A stretch of DNA of 64,000 nucleotides. Source: an uncultured Planctomycetales bacterium. GTDB taxonomy: Bacteria > Omnitrophota > Gorgyraeia > Zapsychrales > Fredricksoniimonadaceae. Positions within the stretch are counted from its first letter, which is position 1. Each line of letters opens with the position of its first letter. Under the pieces are notes generated by a model. That model searched no databases. It had not been told where the DNA came from and saw nothing but the letters and a program-made list of their open reading frames with translations. This document shows positions 35,905 through 45,323 of this stretch, in pieces. The position numbers were made by a program, and so were the translations under genes. The stretch covers positions 6,398 to 70,397 of the forward strand of contig CAZFNI010000007.1 in the NCBI GenBank assembly GCA_964520655.1. Reading direction: 5' to 3'.

Positions 35905-38502
35905 ATGCTGTTCTTAGTCATGGTCCTGAATTTTATCGTGGCAGCGTTGCTGTATCCCGAGATCTTCATCCGCATGGACTATCGCCTGGTGCAGGGGCAT
36001 GAGACTTGCGGGCCGATGCAGTATGTGTTCTTTTTGATCGGCCAGTTCTACCAGGGCGGGGTGCAGCTTTTTGACCGCTATGACCTTTTTAATGGGTCTT
36101 ATACCCAGCTCTCCGTCGGGCTCTATACGCCCATTAATTTCCTGATCGCAGCGGGCTACGCATTATTGTCGCCGTTCGTTAAAGATCCCGCCCAGTTCTT
36201 CCATCACTGGTATCTGATCGCCTATCACGGCCTGGGGCTGATGCTGCGCACCTATGGGGTTTATTTGCTGGCGTCTTATATGACCAAATCCCGGATGACA
36301 GCGCTTGTGTCCACCCTATGGGTCAACTGCTTTTGCGCGATCACCATGATCCATTTGGGCGGGTTGTGTATTTCTCCTGTGTATAATTACCTGCCGCTGC
36401 TGTTATTTTGTCTGGTCTATTACTGGGACACCCGTTCGATCAAAGCTGCGGTTGCCTCGATCTTAGTCTTTCTGCTGGCGGCTAATAATGCGATGTATGT
36501 CGGGTTTGGGTTCTTTTACCAGACAGTGCATTTGTTCTTGTTCGACATGCTGATGATCTGGCTGATCTTTCAGCGCCGCAAAAAACCATTATTTGCCGGT
36601 CGTTTCGAGTTAAAGAGGACGCTTGGCCTAGTACTTATCATCATTTTATTGTTCCTGCCGGTGTTATGGTGGGCGACCAACATCATCAGTGATTTTGATA
36701 TGGCTGGTTCTGGTCTGGGGGGGACACAGGGGCGTTTTAACCGCATCTATAATCCGCACGCCATGATGACAGATCCGTTGCGTTATTTTGTGTCCTTAAA
36801 AGATGTGTTCCACCACGCTTATGATTTCACGACCAGCGGCTGGTATCTAAGCGGCGCGTTCCTCGGGATCACAACGATGTTGCTGGCCTTGATCGGTCTG
36901 GTGCTGGGCAAGCATTCGTATAAAGTGGTCTTTATCACGGCGGCGGTGATGATGGGATTCTTGAACGTACCCTCGACACAAGGCGGATGGATGATGTGGG
37001 CCCATTGGGTCGATGCGATCACCAACCCATTCTGTTTTCTGGTGCGCAGTTTCCATTACGCGGTCTTGCTGTGGTATTTGAGCATCATGGTGCCGGTGAC
37101 GCTTGGCATACAATCCCTGTGGGCCATGGCCTGTGACCAGAAGGATAAGATCTATGCCGGCAGGATCCCGTTTATCACGGGGATTTTGGCGTCGGGATTG
37201 ATCGGGTGTTTCTTCATTCAGGCCCCTGTTATCAAAGCTTATGCCATAAAGATCGTCGCGGCGTTTTTGGTGTTCTTTGCCGTGATGAGCCTTGAGCGTC
37301 TCTCAACAGCGCTGCGCCGCTGGCTGGCCGCCGCCGCGATCGCGGTGATCGTGGTGACGGAATTTATCGTGCTCGTCAGTTATATCAACACCCCCAGCGT
37401 GGACATGAACGGCGCGTATTGGGACGGGTTAAGGGTCAAACCAAGGGTCTATTCCCCCATGCATACGCCGCCGATCCCGATGGTGTTGGATTATCAGAAT
37501 CCCCGCACGCTTCCAGTACGTTTCTTTTACCGAACCGATAAACAGGTGGTGTTCCCGCTGCTCGTTGAATTCCAGGGGATGTTTGGACAGTTCTACCAAT
37601 ATATGCCCCTGGCCTTGAGACTTGAACGGCCGGCGTGTATCTATATCCCAAGGATGAAGATCTTCAACAATATTGATCAGGATAAACAGATCCAGGAATA
37701 TATCGCCCGCGATGGGAGGATCATGTATATCGCTGACGCGGCGATCGCGCCGGACCAGAAAGAGTATGCCCGCATCCTGGATGCCGGCCTTGACCGTCGG
37801 GTGGTGCAGGTTGAAGCGGCGCATGAGGATAAGGTCCAGAAATTAGCGGACATGGCGTTGCCTTTGGCCGCAACGGAGCTTTTTAAGAACAATGAGTATG
37901 TGTTCCCCTCGATCGATGCCAGGGTCGTCGACAAGAAGGATACGATACAGTATCAGTGGCGCCTGCCCGCGGATTTTCCGCGCTATCTTTCCACAGGGGT
38001 CTTCACAGCGGACGCGCAGTTGTGGCGTCTTCTTGTCGGCAATGATCCGCTGACCATCGCACAAGGAGCCTTGGTCTATCCGGGGACGTTCGATGTGAAC
38101 AATGTCCGCGACGGATATTTGACCGTCCTGATGTCAAAGTCCAGGCCTGTGGGTAGAGGCAATGTCACGTTGACGGTAGCAACGCCGGCCGCATTAATGG
38201 ATGTTTGGCGCAACACCCAAGACCAGTTCGGTTTCACCTACAATAATCCCCGAAGCGGCTGGTGGGTCATGCACATGCCTTATGATCCAAAGTGGCAGCT
38301 TTTTATCGACGGGAAGAAGACACCGATCGCGCGCGTTAACCGCTATTTTATCGGCGCCCCGTTATCTGCGGGCGAACATCAGATCTTATTGACCTATTGG
38401 CCCGACAGTCCGCTTCGACCGCTGATCATTGTGTCGCTGATCACGGCGCTCTTGATCATGATCTGGGTCTTTCGAACGACCTATCGATGGAGCAAGACAT
38501 GA
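35905..38502 (+). CDS. Family B4: YfhO-like polytopic membrane protein (865 aa)
   Basis: Starts on the base after the upstream stop. Motifs: YQGGVQLFDRYDLFNGSYTQLSVGLYT...LLSPF and AHWVDAITNPFCFLVRSFHYAVLLWY. The C-terminus is PYDPKWQLFIDGKKTPIARVNRYFIGAPLSAGEHQILLTYWP followed by a terminal TM helix. Confidence 0.6.
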   Translation: MLFLVMVLNFIVAALLYPEIFIRMDYRLVQGHETCGPMQYVFFLIGQFYQGGVQLFDRYDLFNGSYTQLSVGLYTPINFLIAAGYALLSPFVKDPAQFFHHWYLIAYHGLGLMLRTYGVYLLASYMTKSRMTALVSTLWVNCFCAITMIHLGGLCISPVYNYLPLLLFCLVYYWDTRSIKAAVASILVFLLAANNAMYVGFGFFYQTVHLFLFDMLMIWLIFQRRKKPLFAGRFELKRTLGLVLIIILLFLPVLWWATNIISDFDMAGSGLGGTQGRFNRIYNPHAMMTDPLRYFVSLKDVFHHAYDFTTSGWYLSGAFLGITTMLLALIGLVLGKHSYKVVFITAAVMMGFLNVPSTQGGWMMWAHWVDAITNPFCFLVRSFHYAVLLWYLSIMVPVTLGIQSLWAMACDQKDKIYAGRIPFITGILASGLIGCFFIQAPVIKAYAIKIVAAFLVFFAVMSLERLSTALRRWLAAAAIAVIVVTEFIVLVSYINTPSVDMNGAYWDGLRVKPRVYSPMHTPPIPMVLDYQNPRTLPVRFFYRTDKQVVFPLLVEFQGMFGQFYQYMPLALRLERPACIYIPRMKIFNNIDQDKQIQEYIARDGRIMYIADAAIAPDQKEYARILDAGLDRRVVQVEAAHEDKVQKLADMALPLAATELFKNNEYVFPSIDARVVDKKDTIQYQWRLPADFPRYLSTGVFTADAQLWRLLVGNDPLTIAQGALVYPGTFDVNNVRDGYLTVLMSKSRPVGRGNVTLTVATPAALMDVWRNTQDQFGFTYNNPRSGWWVMHMPYDPKWQLFIDGKKTPIARVNRYFIGAPLSAGEHQILLTYWPDSPLRPLIIVSLITALLIMIWVFRTTYRWSKT

Positions 38503-39902
38503 GGAACGTATCCGTAGTTGCTGCGGCACTGTTCCAGGATCCCGACGAGATATTGGCAGTAGATCTGGTTGCTGCGGCGCGTGATGGCGTGATGGATGAG
38601 CTGGTGCTGGTGCTCTGTGCGCAGGCCCTTGAACCGTCGTGGGTCAAGTCGCTGCCCGATGCTGTGCGCGTGATCATTGTCCGCAGCCCGGCCCAGGCGG
38701 GGAAAGAGGGAGCGGTTAAACGCGGGCTTTTTGCCGCAACGGGGGACTGGGTTATTACCTGGGAAGATATGCGCGTTTCATTCAAGGAAGTCTTGTCTTA
38801 TGCGTTTAAACACAAGGATTCAGGGATCGTTTTAGGGATGTTCTATGCGCATGGGGAGAGACGGGTGCATCAGCATTTGACCCGTTGGTTGCTTGGAGAA
38901 GGCATTGTCGAGGGAGATTGCGCGTTTCGCTGTGTCCCTGGAAAATATTTAACGCCTGTGCTGGGCCGCATTTATCTGGAGCGCGACGGGTTTAATACGG
39001 AGTGGTGTTATGTGGCGCATCAGCTGGGATTTCCGCTGACAGTTGTGCCTGTGATCGTGCCGTGGCGCTTTGACCGGATGGACATCATGGCCTATGTGAA
39101 TCTCTGGCGCATCCGTCTCTGGCATCACACGCCTGTTAATACCAGCGATGAACATATGTCCGACCATGATGTGGCTCAGATGTATGCCCAGGAAAGTCGT
39201 CATTGGTGGTTTACGGCCAAGGCCGCTTTTATGGAGAAGATCTTAACACAATGGGTGCCTATCCAAGATCCATTTGTTCTCGATGCGGGCTGCGGCACGG
39301 GGCATAATATGCTGTATTTGGCTAAACAGGGCAGCTATGTTGGCGTGGATGTTTCCGGCAAAGCCTTGAGTTTCTGTCAGACGAACGGGCACACGCGTCT
39401 GGTACAAGCCGATCTTTTAGGCTTGCCGTTTAAGCCTGAAAGTGTGGATGTGATCCTTTCTTTGGATGTGGTCGAACATGTCGGCAATCCCTGGGGCTTG
39501 ATCCGTCAATACAAGCGTGTGCTGAAAAAGGATGGCTATTGCGTCATTGCTGTCCCGGCATACGGCTTCTTATTCGGCCCTCACGACGAAGCCTTGTCCC
39601 ATTATAAACGTTACAGTTCTGGGATGATACGTTCATTGATCGAAGAAGCAGGTTTTGAGGTGCTGCATGAGAACTATTTGTATTGCATCCCATTTTTCCC
39701 GGCAGCCACCGTCAGGCTTTTTCGTAAAATATGCTGCCGTGATCAAAAGCCCAGCACGGACATGTATTTAATGCCCCTGCCGTTCGTTAATGAGCTGATG
39801 CAAAAACTCATGGCATTGGAAGTCTGGCTGTTAGGCAAAGTGCCGATGCCTTTTGGTACATCGATCGTCGTAGTGGCGAAAAAAAGCGGGGCACATGGGT
39901 AA
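38499..39902 (+). CDS. Fusion protein: GT2-like (GT-A fold) N-terminal domain plus a class I SAM-dependent methyltransferase C-terminal domain
   Basis: ATGA overlap at 38499; the track ORF from 38397 lies inside the upstream gene. The N-terminal half resembles GT2: VSVVAAAL..., GKEGAVKRGLFAATGDWVITWEDM, ...FRCV... The position where DxD is expected reads WED. The C-terminal half has VLDAGCGTGHNMLYLAKQGSYVGVDVS, then DLLGLPFKPESVDVILSLDVVEHV, then LKKDGYCVIAVP. Confidence 0.65.
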   Translation: MRNVSVVAAALFQDPDEILAVDLVAAARDGVMDELVLVLCAQALEPSWVKSLPDAVRVIIVRSPAQAGKEGAVKRGLFAATGDWVITWEDMRVSFKEVLSYAFKHKDSGIVLGMFYAHGERRVHQHLTRWLLGEGIVEGDCAFRCVPGKYLTPVLGRIYLERDGFNTEWCYVAHQLGFPLTVVPVIVPWRFDRMDIMAYVNLWRIRLWHHTPVNTSDEHMSDHDVAQMYAQESRHWWFTAKAAFMEKILTQWVPIQDPFVLDAGCGTGHNMLYLAKQGSYVGVDVSGKALSFCQTNGHTRLVQADLLGLPFKPESVDVILSLDVVEHVGNPWGLIRQYKRVLKKDGYCVIAVPAYGFLFGPHDEALSHYKRYSSGMIRSLIEEAGFEVLHENYLYCIPFFPAATVRLFRKICCRDQKPSTDMYLMPLPFVNELMQKLMALEVWLLGKVPMPFGTSIVVVAKKSGAHG

Positions 39903-42372
39903 TCCCGGGCAAAAGAACTCACAGACATTATTGTTGATCGCCGCGATCGTGCTGGCCGGCATGGAGCTGGCATTGATCACGGGCGCGCTGTTGTCTTTTG
40001 TCCCGATCGACCAGCGGGCATTATTGGCGGATGTTTTTGCCAAAGATGTGCACATCATCAAAAAAGACTGGAAGATGCTTGTCTATCATGGCGTGATCGC
40101 GGCCATCGCGTTTTTGGGGTGGCTGGCCCTGACCCGGTTTAAGCAATATTGTTTTGAGCAGGACAAGCGGCGGGAATTGGCTCTGTTGTGCAAAAGCAGC
40201 GCGGCCTGGATCACGCTGATGGTCTACGCATTATTTTTTGTGATCAATGATCCTCGTCCCACATGGGCCTGGCAGACCTTCGGCCTGGCCGCGATCGGCG
40301 CCGTGTTAACGAAATTATTCTTTCCTGAATTAAATAATTTATTCCAGGGTCCAGCTGTTTTTAAAAAAGCGGCGATATTTGGCGGCTTTCTTTTTACCGG
40401 AGTTTTTGTTCTGTATAACGGAGGCGCTCGGGCGGCTGGGACATTGGCCTTGTGGTCCGTATTCCTAGGCGGGGCCATTGGCGCGGGATGGTTATTAGGC
40501 CGAACGGATCTAAGTCCAATTGCCAGGAAGTTGACGCGGCTTTCCCCGTTGGCGGATGTGTTGATATGGCTTTGCAGCAAAAGTGTTCTGGCCAACACTG
40601 CTTTTGCCGCAGGCGGTATTTTCCTTGTGTCGCTTTTGGCTATCGTCGACCCTGTCGCAGTCCTGGCACAGACGGCCTTTGGCGAGCACTATTACCATTT
40701 TGACCTGATGCTCATGGCCGGTGCCTATGCGTTTGGCAGCGGCAACACGCTGGGCGTCGATCAGATCGCGTATTACGGCATTGGTCTGCCTGCTTTAGTC
40801 GGGGGTTTGTCCAAAGCATTCTTTGGGCAGGTCACTTATGAGGGTGTCTTTGCCATCTATTGGGGATTGACGATCGTTTATTACGCGGCTTTCTATGCCG
40901 TCATGCGCTACTGGCTTGGCAGCGTTCTGTTAGCATTTGCCGCCGTGATGCTCGCGGTCAAATGGCAGGTTTTTTATTCCTTGTCTTATCCGGTCTCTGC
41001 CATTTATCCCAATAGCTCTCCACTGCGCTGTTTTTTAGACATTCCGACATTTATATTGCTGTGGATGTTCATCAAAAGCGGGAAGACAAGATACCTGTGG
41101 TCTGCCGCTGCCCTGACAGGAGTGGCAATGGTTTTCATGCCAACGACTGGCGTCGATCTGTATCTGGCCCTGGTGGCATTCGCGGGGATGTTTTTTATTC
41201 TTCGAAAGATCCAAAAGATAACGATCGATCGCCTTCGCGTTGCCACGGCGCTGCTGATCCCGTTGGCCTGTGCATTGATCGGATTCTTCTTTCTGTGCGG
41301 CAAGGCCGTGTTCGCTGGCCAATTCTGGAAAGACCTGATGTTCTATCCGCATTTGTTCACCAACGGGTTTTATGACATCTGGTTCTGGGATAATTTAATG
41401 CACGGCCATTATGTCGATTTTGCCGTCGGCGTGCTTTTTCCGGTCCTGTATCTATTCACGATGCTGTGGATAGGGTTTCGTTTGTACCGCCGGGAGGGAT
41501 CGCTTGAGGAAATGATCACCTTTGCCGTTTGCGCATATGGCTTAAGTCTGTATCATCACTACCTGGTGTTGTCGCTGCAGAATAATTATTTCATGCGCGC
41601 GGTCGTTTTTATCTGGGTGATCTTCTATTGGGTCAAAGGCGCGATGAATGCGTGTTCATCATCAAAGGCCAGGGCGCTGTGGGCGTGGGGTTTAGCTGCT
41701 GGATGCTTGTTCTTCCTGTTAACCGATAAGCTTTATCAGGCGTTCCCGAATTATTGGAATTCATTGAACGTGCGTAATCCCATCGTCGATAAACGCACTG
41801 CCCGGGGTTTACCTGAGGACGGGCGGCCTTACTTTTTCCATCAAGAGGCGTGGACCGCAGAAAAAGATAAGCTCGCGGCAAATTCTGTGGGAACAACACA
41901 GGAGCGTATCTTTTTTGAATGGCAGGTGCCTGACCATGAAACGTTAAAAGCGCTTTATGCCCAGGAGTTTGATTTTAAGGAGGATGTGGCCCTGATCAGG
42001 GCCTTGACCACGCCGTCAGAAAAGACCGCGCTGCTCTCAAGCTTCGAGATCGAGATATTGCGTCAGGCCGGGCGCCGTCCGTACTTTTTTTATTTCCCTG
42101 TCATTTCTTCGCGCGGCATGGATGTGCGCACCTTCCCGCACACCAACATTTACACCAAGGGCATGCAGGCGCGGATGATCCAGGAGATCGAGAGCTCAAT
42201 GCCGGAATATATTTTTATGGAACGGATATTTTTAAGCGATGCGCTTCCGGCTTCCTACGCGGTCGACCACGAGGAGCTCTTGGGTGTCATCGCGCATATC
42301 CGCAAACATTATCAACCCTTCGCCCAGGGCAAGTACTTGACGGCCATGAAGAGGGTCCATGTCCAGGATTAA
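39895..42372 (+). CDS. Family C3: uncharacterised large polytopic membrane protein (825 aa, longest member)
   Basis: 8-nt overlap with the upstream gene. Motifs: QTAFGEHYYHFDLMLMAG....GVDQIAYYGIGLP and AVKWQVFYSL. The C-terminus is TALLSSFEIEILRQAGRRPYFFYFPV....MPEYIFMERI....HYQPFAQGKYLTAMKR. Confidence 0.6.
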   Translation: MGNPGQKNSQTLLLIAAIVLAGMELALITGALLSFVPIDQRALLADVFAKDVHIIKKDWKMLVYHGVIAAIAFLGWLALTRFKQYCFEQDKRRELALLCKSSAAWITLMVYALFFVINDPRPTWAWQTFGLAAIGAVLTKLFFPELNNLFQGPAVFKKAAIFGGFLFTGVFVLYNGGARAAGTLALWSVFLGGAIGAGWLLGRTDLSPIARKLTRLSPLADVLIWLCSKSVLANTAFAAGGIFLVSLLAIVDPVAVLAQTAFGEHYYHFDLMLMAGAYAFGSGNTLGVDQIAYYGIGLPALVGGLSKAFFGQVTYEGVFAIYWGLTIVYYAAFYAVMRYWLGSVLLAFAAVMLAVKWQVFYSLSYPVSAIYPNSSPLRCFLDIPTFILLWMFIKSGKTRYLWSAAALTGVAMVFMPTTGVDLYLALVAFAGMFFILRKIQKITIDRLRVATALLIPLACALIGFFFLCGKAVFAGQFWKDLMFYPHLFTNGFYDIWFWDNLMHGHYVDFAVGVLFPVLYLFTMLWIGFRLYRREGSLEEMITFAVCAYGLSLYHHYLVLSLQNNYFMRAVVFIWVIFYWVKGAMNACSSSKARALWAWGLAAGCLFFLLTDKLYQAFPNYWNSLNVRNPIVDKRTARGLPEDGRPYFFHQEAWTAEKDKLAANSVGTTQERIFFEWQVPDHETLKALYAQEFDFKEDVALIRALTTPSEKTALLSSFEIEILRQAGRRPYFFYFPVISSRGMDVRTFPHTNIYTKGMQARMIQEIESSMPEYIFMERIFLSDALPASYAVDHEELLGVIAHIRKHYQPFAQGKYLTAMKRVHVQD

Positions 42373-44860
42373 AACCATCACATGGGGACCGGCGCAATGG
42401 ATGTTCGCCTGTATTATGGGGGCTTTTGTTCTTTTGGCGCTATTCTTCCCGACGCTGTTGATCACGCGGAAAGTCAGTTTCATCTACATGCAGGACTATC
42501 TCAATGATTACAAAGCTGTCCATCTGCTTATTCAATTCTTTTATCAGAAAGGCATACAGCTGTGGGATTTTTTCAGCCAGATGCCGCACACCTATTTCTT
42601 TGCGACATTCGGGACATTCAAGGTCGCCAATTTATTGACCGCTTTGGCCTATGTAGGCACATCAGGCTTCTTTTATGATCAAGCCAAATTGCTGCACGAT
42701 GTCTTCGCCTGGGTCTATGTTCCGGCGCTGCTGACCTTAAGGGCGTGCGGCATGGTGATCGTTTTGAGGCTGCTTGGATTTGGCAAAGTTTTCGCGGCGG
42801 CCTTTGGGCTGGCTGGTGCATTATTGTGGGCAAAGCCGGCGATCGTGATCGGCACGTTCTATCAAAGCTATACACCATTGATCATGCTGCTTATTTTGGC
42901 GTGGGTGACATTTCAACAGGGCCGTTATCTGCTGCTCTTGGCATTGATGCTGGCGCACGCCTTCACGCAAGGCATGGTGCATGCGTGCTATTTGTATTTA
43001 GGGATACACGGGTTGCTATTGTCGGCAGTCATCTATCAGTGTTTCCTTGGGAAGAAGGAGGCGTGGCGATTTTCATTCAAAGAAGCGGCGATCGCGATCG
43101 TTCTGATCGGTTTGATGCTCTGGCCGTACGCGGCCATGATCAAATTATCTTTTGCTGACATCATGTTCGCGCCGGGGGAGAGCCGGCTTAATGGATTTTT
43201 CGATCTGAAGTATTATTTCAATGCCATGAAGATCGACCAGGTGCGCGTGGGGACATTTGTCGCAGACAGCCTGAGGTTCGATGATATCAGCGGGATCAAA
43301 TATTTCTTTGGTCTTGGTTTCTTCTGGTGCGCGCTCACCGGATGGGTCATGGCGGCGGACAGGCGTAAATGGATCTTTGCCGGCGGTCTGATATTGTTAT
43401 GGGCTGTCAACACGCCGCGTTTCGGGTTTAACCCGGGGATGATCGGCCATTGGATCAATGTGCTGACCAATCCCATGAGCACCATGGTCCGTTCCTATGA
43501 AATGGCTGCCTGCGCGGCCGTGGGCTATATGCTCCTGCCGTTGTGCGCCTGGGGGATGATCTGGTTGTGGGAACACGACGGAGTGAAGGTCAGTGCGTAT
43601 AAAATGAAAATATGGTGGCTGTTGACGGCATGTCTGCTGGCGTTAGCGTTTGGGATCAATGTGCCGGTTCAGGTGCGTTTATATACGATCATTCTGAGCG
43701 TATTGATCGCGGGAGCGCTTTGGATCAAGACATACACGATGTTTAAAGTCGGCCGTAAAAAATATTCTGGCTGGTCATTCAGGGGATTGCTGATCATCAT
43801 GATCGCGTTAGACGCGTTCTTGAGCATCGTGCAGATCAACCGGTTCTTTGCCGCGGGAGAGGTCGCAACACCGCCGCTGGCGGGATCGGCAAGACATTAT
43901 GGTCTTAACCTTGATCATCAAAACCCGAGAGTGATGGGCTTTCCCTATAATGCGGATATGATCGATACAGGCGCGACGTCGCATGTGTGGAGTTTGCGGG
44001 ATATCTCGCCGGGCTACAGCCGTGTGATCAACCGCTTTATCGCTTTTGAAAAGCCAGGTGACCATTTCCCCCGTCATCAGGCTTATGCGGGATGGTATCA
44101 GAATGAACGCGTGATGGAATATGTTAAGCGTTATCCGGCATTGGCTTATTTTGTCCCGTCAGATGGAAAAAATGAGGCGTTGATCATCTCAGGGGAGCGG
44201 CCGGGAGATCTTGGCGGGCAATTTGTACAAGAGAGCCTGTTGCAAAGTCCGATCGTGGTAAATTCACAGGCCCATGGTTATTGGAGCATGTCATTTGCGC
44301 TTAGCGATCCATTTGCCCATATTGTAAGCAATCAAGTGTCCGCGTTCCCGGCGGCCAGAGTTTTTGTTGAGACAGATGGCCAACAGCATGAATTGGAAGC
44401 CTCCCAGGGACGATTATTGGGGTCTGGGATGTTTGATATCAATAATATCTATCAGGGCAAGATGCTGGTATCATTGCCCAGAGGAGTTTTGCCACAGGCG
44501 GTTAAGGTGCATGTATGGCGCTACCAGCAGGAGACTGGGATCGTCGGAGTTGATTCCTTCACACATGACCGTTTGAGCGCGGCATTCGCCGCGCCGCACA
44601 ATGGATGGGCGGTATGGCACATCCCGTATGATACGAAATTTGTGATCATGGAAGATGGACGCAAGGTCGATTACAGACGCACGACTGCCGGCTTTATCCG
44701 CTGGCCGATCAAAGCCGGACGGCACAAGGTGGTGATCGATTATTGGCCACAGGGCTGGTGGCTGAGATGGGGGCTTGTGTGCTCGACGGTGGTGTCCATG
44801 GGGTGTTTGGTGTACATCCTTAACCTGTTATGGGTAAGATCGTTCCGATATGAAAAATAA
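42359..44860 (+). CDS. Family B5: YfhO-like polytopic membrane protein (833 aa, most divergent member)
   Basis: Motifs: YQKGIQLWDFFSQMPHTYFFATFG and GHWINVLTNPMSTMVRSYEMAAC. The C-terminus is PYDTKFVIMEDGRKVDYRRTTAGFIRWPIKAGRHKVVIDYWP followed by a terminal TM helix. 14-nt overlap with the upstream gene. Confidence 0.55.
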   Translation: MSRIKTITWGPAQWMFACIMGAFVLLALFFPTLLITRKVSFIYMQDYLNDYKAVHLLIQFFYQKGIQLWDFFSQMPHTYFFATFGTFKVANLLTALAYVGTSGFFYDQAKLLHDVFAWVYVPALLTLRACGMVIVLRLLGFGKVFAAAFGLAGALLWAKPAIVIGTFYQSYTPLIMLLILAWVTFQQGRYLLLLALMLAHAFTQGMVHACYLYLGIHGLLLSAVIYQCFLGKKEAWRFSFKEAAIAIVLIGLMLWPYAAMIKLSFADIMFAPGESRLNGFFDLKYYFNAMKIDQVRVGTFVADSLRFDDISGIKYFFGLGFFWCALTGWVMAADRRKWIFAGGLILLWAVNTPRFGFNPGMIGHWINVLTNPMSTMVRSYEMAACAAVGYMLLPLCAWGMIWLWEHDGVKVSAYKMKIWWLLTACLLALAFGINVPVQVRLYTIILSVLIAGALWIKTYTMFKVGRKKYSGWSFRGLLIIMIALDAFLSIVQINRFFAAGEVATPPLAGSARHYGLNLDHQNPRVMGFPYNADMIDTGATSHVWSLRDISPGYSRVINRFIAFEKPGDHFPRHQAYAGWYQNERVMEYVKRYPALAYFVPSDGKNEALIISGERPGDLGGQFVQESLLQSPIVVNSQAHGYWSMSFALSDPFAHIVSNQVSAFPAARVFVETDGQQHELEASQGRLLGSGMFDINNIYQGKMLVSLPRGVLPQAVKVHVWRYQQETGIVGVDSFTHDRLSAAFAAPHNGWAVWHIPYDTKFVIMEDGRKVDYRRTTAGFIRWPIKAGRHKVVIDYWPQGWWLRWGLVCSTVVSMGCLVYILNLLWVRSFRYEK

Positions 44861-45323
44861 ATCTTTTGATGTCTTTGATCCGGTCTTTACCGGTTTATTA
44901 GCTGCCGCGGCGATCCTGTGCGCGATGGAAATGCTCATTATCGCCGGTGTTGTTTTGTTCTATATCCCCTTTACGCCTGACCCATCCCTGCAGGATATAT
45001 TCTTCCATTACCGCAAAGGATATGTTCCCGAGCAGGAATTATTATTGTACGGCGTTGGGATCGCGATGGCGGTGGTCTTCTTTGTCGGCGCTGCGATCGT
45101 TTTTGCGCGGCGCGTTTCGGATGTTTTGTTTCAAAGGTCATTGATACGTTATGCGGTGGTGCATACGGCCGTTGTGATTTCGATGACGGCATGTGTTTTT
45201 AAATTGATCGTCACACCGTCGGATGGCATCGCGTGGGCATGTCTTTATACAATGTTGGGCGTTTCTTTGGGACTTAACATATTTTGGAGCGAGATCGATC
45301 AATGGTTTGGGCGGACCTTTTAG
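44850..45323 (+). CDS. Family C4, N-terminal fragment (157 aa) of a split or frameshifted gene
   Basis: It aligns with the first ~150 aa of other family C proteins (..IPFTPDPSLQDIFFHYRKGYVPEQELLLYGVGIAMAVVFF.. and ..NIFWSEI..). It ends at TAG 45321-45323, exactly where the paralogs continue. Confidence 0.5.
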   Translation: MKNKSFDVFDPVFTGLLAAAAILCAMEMLIIAGVVLFYIPFTPDPSLQDIFFHYRKGYVPEQELLLYGVGIAMAVVFFVGAAIVFARRVSDVLFQRSLIRYAVVHTAVVISMTACVFKLIVTPSDGIAWACLYTMLGVSLGLNIFWSEIDQWFGRTF

